Assembly: GCA_963811105.1 (NCBI GenBank)
Contig: CAWEPZ010000002.1
Coordinates: 320,001-384,000 of the forward strand
From: Candidatus Bathyarchaeota archaeon
Lineage (GTDB): Archaea > Thermoproteota > Bathyarchaeia > Bathyarchaeales > Bathycorpusculaceae
Direction: 5' to 3'
Length of the DNA: 64,000 bases
Numbering within the stretch: position 1 is the first letter of the stretch; every line of letters begins with the position of its first letter. Under the pieces are notes generated by a model. It worked only from the letters and a program-made list of their open reading frames with translations. It ran no database searches and was not told the origin of the DNA. This document shows positions 39,125 to 49,155 of this stretch, piece after piece. A program made the position numbers and the translations under genes.

Positions 39125-39327
39125 GTTTGTCATCCTCTCAATTTCAAATGGGTTTTAACTTGCAATAATTGATATTTAACACTGAACCGAAATTAACCCA
39201 ATCATCAGAGGTAGCATCAACCTTTGGCATTGGGGTGTTGAACGTTGTGGTTGTTGCTATGCAGTCACAGAGTCTTAAAGGCACGAATTTACAAAAATTA
39301 GAATGGTGTTTTAAGTTGGAAAAAAAC

Positions 39328-39597
39328 ATGATGAAATATCAAGTTTTGGTCAAAACGATTTCAGGAAAAGGCGGTGAGTTCTGGGGAGCGTTCCAAAAGA
39401 TGCCTACTGAGCCAATGAAAGGAGTAATGGTCGAATCTTCATGGAGCCTATTCGGATACTGGGATTTCGTCATTTTCTTCAAAGCTGATAGCAACGAAAA
39501 CAGCCTGCACTTCGTTGGCGAGGTCTTAAGAGCGATACCTGGCATCGCCGAAACTAGTACTTCACCAATGACCATGCTCAAAGAACACAAAATGTAG
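39328..39597 (+). CDS. Stand-alone Lrp/AsnC ligand-binding (RAM/GYD-like) domain protein
   Basis: LFGYWDFVIFFKA...LRAIPGIAETSTS pattern; no HTH. Confidence 0.7.
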   Translation: MMKYQVLVKTISGKGGEFWGAFQKMPTEPMKGVMVESSWSLFGYWDFVIFFKADSNENSLHFVGEVLRAIPGIAETSTSPMTMLKEHKM

Positions 39598-39825
39598 TAG
39601 ACAATTGTTTTTGCTGTGTTTCTTTCCTTTCTTTCTTTCAAATCCATTTTTTTAAAGAGATATTCGATTTTAGACATACACAAAAAGTTGTCAAACAGCA
39701 CTACCAATGGAGCCAATGGGAATTGCATTTCTCATTTAACTTAAGAAAAATTGTTTAAAATCACGAATAGCAAAATGGGTTTTTGAAATTTGCCATAAAT
39801 AAAGAAAAGAGAAAAGGAAAGATAT

Positions 39826-40893
39826 CTATTCTGGCTTCTTTTGTTTGCCGGGTCTCAGTGAGCGTACTGTTGCACCCGCACGCCACATTTCGCTATTGCC
39901 CATCTCTTTGAGTTCGTCTGCGAGTTTTTGGCGATAGTCTGGTGCCTTGCTCTTTTCCAATACAATGCGTGTTTCTTCGCCTGCAGCCACAAGCTCGTAT
40001 AGTGAATCAAATACTGGTTGTGTAGCTTCACGGAAACGGCTTCTCCATCGCAATGCGCCGATGCGGGCGGTTTCACTGCAGTTACAGTACATCCAGTCCA
40101 TGCCGTTTTCATCGACAAGACGGATTAAGCTTTGTGTGAGTTCTTCGACGCTTTCGTTAAATGCCTCGCTTGGGCTGTGTCCATGTTCACGCAAGGTTTT
40201 GTATTGGGCTTCCAGGATGCCTTCGAGTGCACCCATCAATGTACCGCGTTCCCCTGTTAGGTCACTGAAGGTTTCTTTCTCAAATGTGGTTGGAAATAGA
40301 TATCCTCCGCCTATAGCGATGCCGAGCGCTTTAGCGCGTTCTTCAGCTTTACCTGTTGCGTCTTGGAAAACTGCGAAGCTGCAGTTTATGCCACTTCCGT
40401 CAACAAAGTTTCTCCGCACAGATGTTCCCGAGCCTTTTGGTGCAACAAGGATCACGTCAATTTCTTTGGGTGGGATAACGCCTGTTTGTTCCTTGTAGAC
40501 GATACTAAAGCCGTGGCTGAAGTATAATGCGTCTCCTTTTTTGAGGGTTGCTTTGATTTTTGGCCATACTGCTTTTTGTGCTGCGTCTGTAAGTAGGAAC
40601 ATTTTGATGGTTCCTTTCTTGGCTGCTTCTTCCATTGGGAAGAGGTTTTCGCCTGGTTTCCAACCATCTGCAATTGCTTTATCCCATTCTTTTTTAAATA
40701 CTCCTTCTTTTTCCTGTCCTATTATTACTTTCACGCCGTTGTCTCTCATGTTAAGCGATTGGGCTTGACCTTGAATTCCATAGCCAAGTGAGACGACAAC
40801 TTCGTCTTTTAGGATTTTTTGGGCTTGCGCCACTGTGAATTCTCTACGCGTGATGACATCTTCTACGATGCCACCGAAATCCAACTTTGCCAT
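39826..40893 (-). CDS. ilvC: Ketol-acid reductoisomerase
   Basis: GYGIQG.AQSLNMRD, FSHGF, VAPKGSG, SDLTGERG.LMG and EAFNESVEE motifs. Confidence 0.96.
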   Translation of the reverse strand: MAKLDFGGIVEDVITRREFTVAQAQKILKDEVVVSLGYGIQGQAQSLNMRDNGVKVIIGQEKEGVFKKEWDKAIADGWKPGENLFPMEEAAKKGTIKMFLLTDAAQKAVWPKIKATLKKGDALYFSHGFSIVYKEQTGVIPPKEIDVILVAPKGSGTSVRRNFVDGSGINCSFAVFQDATGKAEERAKALGIAIGGGYLFPTTFEKETFSDLTGERGTLMGALEGILEAQYKTLREHGHSPSEAFNESVEELTQSLIRLVDENGMDWMYCNCSETARIGALRWRSRFREATQPVFDSLYELVAAGEETRIVLEKSKAPDYRQKLADELKEMGNSEMWRAGATVRSLRPGKQKKPE

Positions 40894-41083
40894 TTATTTT
40901 TTCCTCAAGCCAGACACTTTACAAGACGCAGTAATTAAAAATTATCCCTCAACTAATCTGTTAAGGAAATTTGCAGATAGACTTTCTTTATAGTAATTTA
41001 AAACGTTCATGTGAGAACTACATTGGCAAAAATTTTGTTTAGGCGATAACTTCCAGCAAAATGTTTTCTAAACTAGAAAAAGG

Positions 41084-41653
41084 TTAGGGTTTTTTGTTCA
41101 TCTCGTGGCGAATCCACCAGATGATCCCTATTGTCGCTGGAATTCCGAAGATGGCAACTATCCAAACTAGTATTGTAATCACGGAACCAACTACATAGTC
41201 CAAAGCGTAGGTTGAGATTGCAACATTCCAATTTCCGTCAACATAGACTTTGATGGCGAATGCGATGAAAAGTAATGGCGAGATTGCTCCACCTGCTCTT
41301 GAAGCGCGTGAGCTTTTTCCAGATAGATGATATTCTTTCTTTTCTTGCTCGGCTAGTCTCTTCCACCATTGCCAACTTGCTACTGCTCCTACAATTGCCG
41401 GAATTCCGATGAATATGACTTCCCAGAAAATCAAATGCAAAATAAATGATACTATATTGCCCATTGTCCAAAGACCCAGGATTGATGGAACTAAACCTGT
41501 TGTTTGAGCATCTTTTGTGAACCATAGAAAGACGTAGATCGAACCGATGAATATCAAAATGCCAGCTATTACAAACGTGGCAACCATTTTCCAGTGTTTT
41601 CTTATGAATTTTCCCCATTCGGAGTCTTTTTCAACTTCGTTTTTCTGAGTCAT
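41084..41653 (-). CDS. Membrane protein of unknown function
   Basis: Four TM segments; GGGGGAGGG precedes ATG 41653 (ORF track extends to 41908). Confidence 0.75.
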   Translation of the reverse strand: MTQKNEVEKDSEWGKFIRKHWKMVATFVIAGILIFIGSIYVFLWFTKDAQTTGLVPSILGLWTMGNIVSFILHLIFWEVIFIGIPAIVGAVASWQWWKRLAEQEKKEYHLSGKSSRASRAGGAISPLLFIAFAIKVYVDGNWNVAISTYALDYVVGSVITILVWIVAIFGIPATIGIIWWIRHEMNKKP

Positions 41654-42064
41654 TAAATCCCTCCCCCTTACTAGAGTTTCCGCCTGTGGATAGTTGTTTT
41701 GGTTAATTCCTATGCTCTCGATTGCTTTTCCTTGCTCCGGCTGCGTTGACGGTTGAGAATATGCATATTGTTGTGGATTGTATGATTGCTGTTGTTGAGT
41801 TTTTATTGTGTAGAATCCGGGGGTTGTCGTTGTCGAAATCACGTGGAATAGGTACAGATATTGAGTCACCAAGAACCAAACTAATGTACTCATGTATTCT
41901 GGATCCAATAACCGAATTAGCTTTAGTAAAGAATTAAATCGACACTAAACTAATTCGCTAAACTGTAACCTTAGTTAGTCACTGTATGATTGTCGGAGAT
42001 CAGATATCCTGTCCGATTAGTTGGAAAAATCATTATTATTTAAAATGAAGTATAATATAATATA

Positions 42065-42118
42065 TTCAGACTTTTCTGAAAAATAGTAAAACTTATTTAG
42101 TCGGAACCATATTGGTTC
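42065..42118. promoter_or_regulatory. Two inverted repeats upstream of the hgcC-like/arsM operon
   Basis: TTCAGA-CTTT-TCTGAA (42065-42080) and GAACCA-TAT-TGGTTC (42104-42118). Confidence 0.45.
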
Positions 42119-42135
42119 GGTTAAGGTGATTAAGT

Positions 42136-42387
42136 GTGAGTAGCTGTATTGGTGACACTTGCAGAATTGATGCAATAATTTCGATGGATGTGAAAGGACA
42201 AGTTGTCTTACCAAAGGATTTGCGTGAGAGGGCAAACTTCAAGCCAAACGACAAAATTGCTGTAGTAGCTTGTGAAAAAGACGGCGAAGTCTGCTGTATT
42301 ATGATGTTAAAAGCTGAAAAACTTCAGGGTGCCGTAACCAAGACTCTCGGACCACTGCTCAAAGGAGTAACAAAACAGGAGAGTTAA
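42136..42387 (+). CDS. AbrB/MazE-fold protein resembling the HgcAB-associated protein HgcC
   Basis: CRIDAIISMDVKGQVVLPKDLRERANFKPNDK (AbrB signature), EVCC and a C-terminal LGPLL. Confidence 0.8.
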   Translation: MSSCIGDTCRIDAIISMDVKGQVVLPKDLRERANFKPNDKIAVVACEKDGEVCCIMMLKAEKLQGAVTKTLGPLLKGVTKQES

Positions 42388-42389
42388 TT

Positions 42390-43232
42390 ATGAAAGAAGA
42401 AAAAGTAAAGAAACTAGTTAGAAATCGCTACGCAAAAGTCGCTAAATCAAATGGTTCTTGCTGCGCTTCAAATGTGAGTTGCTGTTCAGCTCCGACAAAC
42501 GAGCAAGTAAGCAAAATGATAGGTTATAGCGAAGAAGAATTGAATTCGGTTCCAGAAGGTGCCAATCTTGGTTTAGGCTGCGGCAATCCGACTGCTTTAG
42601 CGTCTTTGAAAGAGGGCGAAAGAGTTTTGGACCTAGGTTCAGGTGCAGGATTTGACTGTTTTTTGGCCGCCCAGAAAGTTGGAAAACAAGGCAAAGTCAT
42701 AGGAGTAGACATGACCCCTGAAATGCTCGACAAAGCTAGGACTAACGCCAAAAAAGGCAAATACACAAACGTCGATTTCAGACTTGGAGAAATTGAAAAT
42801 CTCCCAGTCGCTGACAATTCAGTCGACGTTGTAATTTCAAACTGCGTAATCAACTTGGCACCAAATAAGAAGCGAGTATTCGAAGAAGCTTTCAGAGTTC
42901 TCGCGCCTAATGGTCGATTAATGGTTTCAGACATTGTCCTCCTAAGAGAGTTACCTGAATCCATTCAAAAGAATGTTGAAGCCTACGCTGGATGCATTGC
43001 TGGAGCAGAAATAAAAGACAAATACCTTGAACTAATTCGAAAAGCTGGGTTCCAAGAAGTAAAAGTTTTAGAGGAAAAAACATACCCTCTCGAATACATT
43101 GTAAGCGAATCCACATTAAAAGAAGCAATCAAAATGGCAAGCATGACGGAAGAAGAGGTAAAGGAAGCAGCAAACATTGTGGTAAGCATGAAAGTCTCAG
43201 CAATTAAGCGATTAGCGAGGAATGAATTATAA
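42390..43232 (+). CDS. arsM: Arsenite S-adenosylmethionine methyltransferase
   Basis: N-terminal SCC..SCC; GLGCGNP, LDLGSGAGFD, ISNCVINL and AGCIAGA (conserved catalytic Cys). Confidence 0.93.
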   Translation: MKEEKVKKLVRNRYAKVAKSNGSCCASNVSCCSAPTNEQVSKMIGYSEEELNSVPEGANLGLGCGNPTALASLKEGERVLDLGSGAGFDCFLAAQKVGKQGKVIGVDMTPEMLDKARTNAKKGKYTNVDFRLGEIENLPVADNSVDVVISNCVINLAPNKKRVFEEAFRVLAPNGRLMVSDIVLLRELPESIQKNVEAYAGCIAGAEIKDKYLELIRKAGFQEVKVLEEKTYPLEYIVSESTLKEAIKMASMTEEEVKEAANIVVSMKVSAIKRLARNEL

Positions 43233-43258
43233 AGCTCTTTCTTCCACCACAAACGATA

Positions 43259-43804
43259 TTGCTCCCCTCTCCAGTGCTCATCATAGGAACTTATGGCATC
43301 GATGGCAAACCTAATATCATGACTGCCGCATGGGGAGGAATCGTATCAAGCAAACCGCCATGTATCAGTGTATCTCTAAGGGAAGCAACGCTTAGTTATC
43401 ATAACATCCAACAGACACAGGCATTCACAGTGAATATTCCCTCTGAAAAATATTTCAAGGAGGCTGACTTTGTTGGCATGGTGTCGGGAAGAGCGTGCAA
43501 CAAATTTAAGGAAACCCGCCTTAATCCAGAAAAGAGCAAACTGGTCAATGCCCCAATCGTAAAGGAATTTCCATATGCCCTTGAATGCAATCTCATCAAG
43601 CAGGTCGATCTTGGTCTTCATACAATGTTCATTGGCGAAATTGTCGGAATGGTCGCTGATAGCGAGGCTCTAAATCCAGATAAACTTCCAGACATCGAGA
43701 AGGTGCGACCAATCCTGTTTGGTTCATTCGGCAGTATGGCTTATTATAATATCGGTGATAAACTTGGCGAAGCGTTCTCCATCGGAAACCAACTACAACG
43801 GTAA
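43259..43804 (+). CDS. Flavin reductase family (flavoredoxin-like) protein
   Basis: PNIMTAAWGG, FTVNIP, D.VG..SG, LEC and HTMFIGEI motifs; start uncertain. Confidence 0.88.
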   Translation: MLPSPVLIIGTYGIDGKPNIMTAAWGGIVSSKPPCISVSLREATLSYHNIQQTQAFTVNIPSEKYFKEADFVGMVSGRACNKFKETRLNPEKSKLVNAPIVKEFPYALECNLIKQVDLGLHTMFIGEIVGMVADSEALNPDKLPDIEKVRPILFGSFGSMAYYNIGDKLGEAFSIGNQLQR

Positions 43805-44357
43805 TAAATTAAAAACCGCGCTTTTTCCAAGCTAATGGGCTTAATCTAAAAAGAATATTACACGCCCTTTGAGAGGAGAAAGCATACATGCAAAGGATAT
43901 TTCACTGAGAATTTATGTTTAGAAAATCTAATAAAAGAAGTTGGGGAAAACAAGTTTATCGGTTAAAAAGGCGAGGATGAGCTTTGTCTCAGACAGAACC
44001 TTCCTATTCCGTATACTTGGACATAATGATGTAATCGTGGGGGTCTCTCGCTTTTCTGTGGTTTCCTGTTTACGTCAATTACTTTCATTCTAACTTCGCT
44101 CTAAAACTAGGAAGTACTGCTAGCCAGGCAACAATTTTATTCCTGACTTTGATCTTTTACTTTTCTTTGTACGTACTGTTCGACAATCTGGAAATCCTTA
44201 TCTAATATCCATAAGTGCATGTGCCGCTTTTCAAGTCTCTCTCAGTTGCGGTTATGATTTTTTTAAAGAATTCAATTATATTAACAAAATCAAGATAGAT
44301 GACCTTTCGGTTTCTAAGACACAAAATAATTAAGCAGTGAGCCGCAAGTAGCAATTA

Positions 44358-44813
44358 ATGAACGACAACGAATTTACCCCAGAACTTGTTGCGCCATGCG
44401 GAATGAACTGCGGGATATGTAGAGCCTACTTGGCATACATCCACAGCGTACCACGGGTAAGAGGTAAAGTAACATACTGCGCAGGCTGTATTCCTCGAGG
44501 TAAAAACTGCTACGTAATACGTGGCTGCCCAAAACTTAGAAAACATCAAATTCAATCTTGTAGCGAATGCGAAACAATTCCGTGTGAAAAACTTAAACAC
44601 CTTGACAAACGTTACAGGGAACGCTATGGTATGAGTATGGTTGAAAACCTAAAAATGGTAAAAACCAGAGGTATGGATGAATTCCTTAAAAGCCAAACCG
44701 AAAAGTATTCTTGTCCGAGTTGCGGTGACGTGGTTTGTGTGCATGACGCCAAATGCTATTCGTGTGGCTACAAAAGAAACCCTAAACGCTGTATTTTTCC
44801 ACGATTTCTCTAA
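44358..44813 (+). CDS. DUF3795-like Cys-rich protein
   Basis: APCGMNCGIC, CAGC, CSECETIPC, ENL, CPSCG and CYSC motifs. Confidence 0.8.
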   Translation: MNDNEFTPELVAPCGMNCGICRAYLAYIHSVPRVRGKVTYCAGCIPRGKNCYVIRGCPKLRKHQIQSCSECETIPCEKLKHLDKRYRERYGMSMVENLKMVKTRGMDEFLKSQTEKYSCPSCGDVVCVHDAKCYSCGYKRNPKRCIFPRFL

Positions 44814-45318
44814 TTGTATTTAGATTCCTAGTTGTGGCTTTTTCCTTAAGTTTTGACTCCAAAAACGAGTTAGGCAACGCTCCTTCTCCGCCACCATGGG
44901 TCACACTAAAAACCTCTGTGCCTTTTGCTGAAATTACTTCTGCAGTTGATTTTGGAATCGTCATGGGCAACTCAAAAGGAAATTTTGCTGGGGCAGCCGC
45001 AAGAAAAGTCACCAAAAAGCTTCTGCCTTCTTTGCTTTGCCCTTCGAAGGGTTCGCTCTGGATTACCTCTTTAACCTTAGAGATTGATCGGATAAACACT
45101 GACACATTGTATCCTAATACGTTCAGAAGTTTGTCCTCTATTCTTGTTCTGATTTCTTCAACGTTTTCGTCGAAGGTTTCGAAAATTACATTCCCGCTTT
45201 GCTTGTAAGTGCAAACGTTTTGAAAGCCTAAAGTAGTGAAGGCTTCTTGCAGTTTCTCTTTTCTAACGATGCGTCCGCCAACGTTGATTCCTCTTAAGAA
45301 AGCTACAAAGAGAGGCAT
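44782..45318 (-). CDS. DUF1697 family protein
   Basis: AFLRGINVGG, TYKQSGNVIF and TTRN motifs. Confidence 0.88.
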   Translation of the reverse strand: MPLFVAFLRGINVGGRIVRKEKLQEAFTTLGFQNVCTYKQSGNVIFETFDENVEEIRTRIEDKLLNVLGYNVSVFIRSISKVKEVIQSEPFEGQSKEGRSFLVTFLAAAPAKFPFELPMTIPKSTAEVISAKGTEVFSVTHGGGEGALPNSFLESKLKEKATTRNLNTIREIVEKYSV

Positions 45319-46227
45319 CTACTTCATCAGTTTCAGCATTATGGCCTTAGCCGAATACAGTCTGTTTTCTGCCTGCTCATAAATTACAGACTTCGTGTTT
45401 TCAATGGTTTCAGCGCTTATTTCGTACCCTCGGTGAATCGGCATATCGTGCATGATATAGGCACCAACACCTTTCAGAAGTTCAGCGTTGATTTGGTAAG
45501 GCATCATAAGTTTAATGCGGTTCTCCTTTTCTAAGGCAAACTTGGGTTCAGTAAAGAACTCCATATCAATCCACGTATCAGTGTAAACGAAATCTGCATC
45601 TTTAACCGCTTTCTTGGCATCCAAAGTTGACTGCCAAAGTCCGCTCTTTCTAGCCTCGGCCAATAGCTCATCGTCTCTTGCGGCTTCATTGAAAATCGGT
45701 GTAACGGTTGTCAGTTTGACTCCTGTTTTGGTGCAGCCCTCGATGAGAGAGTTACAAACGTTATTGTGAACGCCTATGTAAACAAGCTTAGCATCTTTCA
45801 AAGTGCCCCTTTTCTCCTTTATGGTGATTAGGTCGGCTAGTGCTTGGCTTGGATGATACTTCTCGTCGCAACCATTGATCACCGGAACCCGTGAAGCATT
45901 AGCCATTTTCGTCAAATCGCTGTCGCAAAGCAATCGAGCCATTATGCAATTAACATTACGAGACAAATACCTAATCTCATCTGAAATATCCGCCAACGTG
46001 AAGTTGGTAGTTCGCCAATCAATAAATAAGCCGTGACCGCCAAGCTGCGTAGCCGCCACCTCAAAAGCAACTCTTGTGCGCGTGGATGTTTTTTGGAAAA
46101 TCAACGCAATTGATTTGTTCTCAAACGCTTTACCAAATCTTGCAGGGTTGTGTTTAATTTCGATGCCTAAATCAACCATTGCAGTAAGCTCTTGGCTGGA
46201 TAATTCTTTGAAATTAATCAGATGCAT
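45319..46227 (-). CDS. argF: Ornithine carbamoyltransferase
   Basis: FQKTSTRTR, HPSQALAD, YTDTW, MHDMP and QAENR motifs; likely start ATG 46227. Confidence 0.9.
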   Translation of the reverse strand: MHLINFKELSSQELTAMVDLGIEIKHNPARFGKAFENKSIALIFQKTSTRTRVAFEVAATQLGGHGLFIDWRTTNFTLADISDEIRYLSRNVNCIMARLLCDSDLTKMANASRVPVINGCDEKYHPSQALADLITIKEKRGTLKDAKLVYIGVHNNVCNSLIEGCTKTGVKLTTVTPIFNEAARDDELLAEARKSGLWQSTLDAKKAVKDADFVYTDTWIDMEFFTEPKFALEKENRIKLMMPYQINAELLKGVGAYIMHDMPIHRGYEISAETIENTKSVIYEQAENRLYSAKAIMLKLMK

Positions 46228-46323
46228 TTTGCTTGGCCTTAAGTTACGCTGACTAGGCCAACAATTATAAGCTTTATGGAAAACCTTTTCACCCAACAAG
46301 GCACAAAGATGAAGTGAGTCAGC

Positions 46324-47148
46324 ATGATTCTACTCGTAGCTTCAAACAAAGACGGAGCGAGCCTTAACATTAAGAGGCAAATCCTTTCCAGCTATCCCTT
46401 CAAGGAAACTGGAGATAGGTACCACCAAAACCCAATCTACACAGCTGACATAAACAAAAATAAAATATCGCTTATAACTCTAAGTCACGAATCCATCAAC
46501 GCGCAATCATTGCCCGAGAGCTTTCCGGAAGCAAAACTAATAGTCTTCATCTCAAGGCATAGCAGTGCAAGCGGCAAACCAACGTTATCTGTTCACACTC
46601 CAGGAAACTTGGCTGAAGCAGGACTTGGTGGCTTGCCAAAAACTGTCTCGGTTTCACCTGCAACAGCGATGCGGGATGCATTAAAATCGTTGCAACAACA
46701 AAAAGAACAGATGAAGCTTGAATACGAAGTGTCATACGAGTGCACCCATCATGGCCCAAGTCTAAATGTACCGACAATGTTTGTAGAACTCGGCAGTTCC
46801 GAACCGCAATGGCAAGATTCAAGGGCTGCAGAAGCTGTTGCTCATGCGGCAATGTCAGCTATTGCCAATTTTTCAGCACCAACTAACGCTGCTGTTCTGG
46901 GTATAGGTGGGACACATTACAATCAGAAGTTTACAGCAATGGCTATGGATGAAGAAGCAGTATTCAGTCATATGATACCAAAATATGCCATCTCCACAAT
47001 TGATTCTGAAATGCTATCTCAGTGCATTCAGAAAACTTTGGAGAAGGTTTCGTTGGCGCTTCTTGATTGGAAGGGAATCAGAAGCCAAGATAAGCCAAAA
47101 CTCATGCTTGTTCTGCAAGATGTTAATTTACCCAGTAAGAAAGTTTAA
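46324..47148 (+). CDS. dtdA: D-aminoacyl-tRNA deacylase (archaeal DTD2/GEK1)
   Basis: SRHSS, LSVHTPGN, ECTHHGPS, FVELGS and GGTHY motifs. Confidence 0.93.
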   Translation: MILLVASNKDGASLNIKRQILSSYPFKETGDRYHQNPIYTADINKNKISLITLSHESINAQSLPESFPEAKLIVFISRHSSASGKPTLSVHTPGNLAEAGLGGLPKTVSVSPATAMRDALKSLQQQKEQMKLEYEVSYECTHHGPSLNVPTMFVELGSSEPQWQDSRAAEAVAHAAMSAIANFSAPTNAAVLGIGGTHYNQKFTAMAMDEEAVFSHMIPKYAISTIDSEMLSQCIQKTLEKVSLALLDWKGIRSQDKPKLMLVLQDVNLPSKKV

Positions 47149-47249
47149 ACGACCAGTATAAGAAGCTTTAAAAGTCTTGGTAAACTTGTTTTAAAACTCC
47201 TTACAGTAATGTTTATTATTCATAAATGAAATCTTGGTGTGCGATGAAT

Positions 47250-47438
47250 ATGGGAATAAAATCTTGGCTAACACAAGCAGCAAGAACCTTAAAGTTAGCT
47301 GTAAAACCGGGCAGAGAAGAGCTCTGGCTATCAATAAAAATCAGTCTACTAGGTATAGGCGCTGTTGGTTTAATTGGTTTTATAATTAAATTGTTATCTT
47401 ACGCAATTGGCGGCGCAGCCGCACCCGCATCATCTTAA
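47250..47438 (+). CDS. secE: Protein translocase subunit SecE/Sec61-gamma
   Basis: RTLKLAVKPGREE...GLIGFII; directly upstream of spt5. Confidence 0.9.
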   Translation: MGIKSWLTQAARTLKLAVKPGREELWLSIKISLLGIGAVGLIGFIIKLLSYAIGGAAAPASS

Positions 47439-47454
47439 AGGGAACTTGAAATTT

Positions 47455-47928
47455 ATGGACAAGAAAGAGGAGCAAACACAAGCAAAAATTTTTGTGGTCA
47501 AAACCACAACGGGGCAAGAACGGAACGTTGCAAGGTTAATTGCTTCAAAAGTGGAAATGAACCATATCCCAATAAAATCTCTTCTTGTACCAGATACATT
47601 GAAAGGTTATGTGTTTGTTGAAGCTGATGGACCACATTTGGTCGAAGAAGCTATTACAGGCTTAAGACACGTACGTTCCAGAATCCCTGGCCTCGTAAGC
47701 TTCATTGAAATAGAACGATATATTGTCCGAAAACCAGTTATGGAAGACCTTAACGAAGATGATGTCGTCGAAATCACTGGTGGACCATTCAAAGGAATGC
47801 GAGCCAAAATCACAAGGCTCGACAAAGCAAAAGGGGAAGTTACCCTCGAACTGCTTGAGGCAACATTCACTTTGCCAATCACAGTGCATTCAGACTATGT
47901 GAAACTAGTAGAAAAAGCAAAAACATAA
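47455..47928 (+). CDS. spt5: Transcription elongation factor Spt5
   Basis: TTTGQERNVA, LKGYVFVEA and KOW motif VEITGGPFKG. Confidence 0.96.
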   Translation: MDKKEEQTQAKIFVVKTTTGQERNVARLIASKVEMNHIPIKSLLVPDTLKGYVFVEADGPHLVEEAITGLRHVRSRIPGLVSFIEIERYIVRKPVMEDLNEDDVVEITGGPFKGMRAKITRLDKAKGEVTLELLEATFTLPITVHSDYVKLVEKAKT

Positions 47929-47943
47929 AATTGGTGAAATAAT

Positions 47944-48435
47944 ATGGGAGAGAAGAAAGTTGTAGAATTACTCGTAAATGGCGGACAAGCCAACGCAGGT
48001 CCACCATTAGGTCCCGCTCTAGGTCCATTAGGACTAAACGTTATGGCTGTCGTTACAAAAATTAACGAGCTCACAAAAGATTACGCCGGAATGAAAGTTC
48101 CAGTAAAAATCACCGCTGACACGGAAGAAAAAACATTTGAGGTCTCGGTGGGTACTCCAACAGCTTCAGCATTAATCGTTGCTGAACTCAAAATTGAGAA
48201 GGGATCAGGAACGCCTAACACTGTGAAAGTGGGAGATTTGTCAATGGAGCAGATGGTGCGCATAGCAAAAATCAAAGGGCCTCAACTTTTGGCGACTAAT
48301 ATCAAGGATGCAACCAAAGAGTTGCTTGGAACCTGCGTTAGCTTAGGCGTCACTGTTGAAGGCAAAGACCCTAGAGAAGTACAAAAAGAAATTGATGCTG
48401 GCACTTACGAAGAGCTATTTGGTACTGACCAATGA
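47944..48435 (+). CDS. rpl11: 50S ribosomal protein uL11
   Basis: [12 protein letters not shown] and [12 protein letters not shown] motifs. Confidence 0.98.
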   Translation: MGEKKVVELLVNGGQANAGPPLGPALGPLGLNVMAVVTKINELTKDYAGMKVPVKITADTEEKTFEVSVGTPTASALIVAELKIEKGSGTPNTVKVGDLSMEQMVRIAKIKGPQLLATNIKDATKELLGTCVSLGVTVEGKDPREVQKEIDAGTYEELFGTDQ

Positions 48436-48490
48436 TAAGCGAATATTTTTATAATGGGTTTCTAATCCCTCATTGGCACGAGGCTTAAAA

Positions 48491-49141
48491 ATGCCCCTAG
48501 ACAACAAAACGATTTCAGAAGCAGTTAAACAGGCGAAGGCGAAGTCTGGCGAGAAAAAATTCAACCAGACCGTAGACATGATCTTAGATATTATGGAGAT
48601 CGATATGAAGGCGCCAGAAGGGAAAATCCAAGAGATTGTTGAACTTCCTCATTCAACTGGCAAACCAAATAAAGTCTGCGTTATTGCTTCTGGAGAATTT
48701 GCGTTTAAAGCACGAAACGCACAGGCTGATTATGTTATTGAACGCGGCGACTTAGATTCTTTAAATGGCAAAAAGAAGGAACTGCGCAAACTCGCTAGCG
48801 AATATGACGTTTTCATATCGGAGGCGCCGTTAATGCCACTTGTGGGCAGAATTCTTGGTCCGGTTTTGGGTCCAAGAGGAAAAATGCCTATACCTGTTCC
48901 ACCTAACGCTGACATTGCAGCCCTGATTATTAAGCACCGTAAAACTGTAGTTGTTAGAATGCGTAGCCAACCAATTATTCAAGTTTCAGTTGGCACCCAA
49001 CAGATGAAGGATGAAGAACTTGTCGACAACATTATGGCTGTTCTTCGTGTCTTAGAAGGAAAACTTAAGCGTGGATTGAAAAACGTAAAGTATGCTTTCA
49101 TAAAAACATCTATGGGTGAACCAGTAAAAATTAAACCTTAG
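48491..49141 (+). CDS. rpl1: 50S ribosomal protein uL1
   Basis: KFNQTVD, LGPVLGPRGKMP and KTSMG motifs. Confidence 0.97.
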   Translation: MPLDNKTISEAVKQAKAKSGEKKFNQTVDMILDIMEIDMKAPEGKIQEIVELPHSTGKPNKVCVIASGEFAFKARNAQADYVIERGDLDSLNGKKKELRKLASEYDVFISEAPLMPLVGRILGPVLGPRGKMPIPVPPNADIAALIIKHRKTVVVRMRSQPIIQVSVGTQQMKDEELVDNIMAVLRVLEGKLKRGLKNVKYAFIKTSMGEPVKIKP

Positions 49142-49155
49142 TGAGAAGACAAATC

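Noticed and set aside
41654-41908. Gln/Tyr/Pro-rich N-terminal extension of the membrane protein
   Set aside because: A strong RBS precedes ATG 41653; the upstream part is low-complexity and may be a remnant or non-coding.
43805-44357. 550-nt gap inside the arsM region, examined for arsR, hgcB or an IS remnant
   Set aside because: No convincing ORF, ferredoxin motif, terminal inverted repeats or transposase fragment seen.
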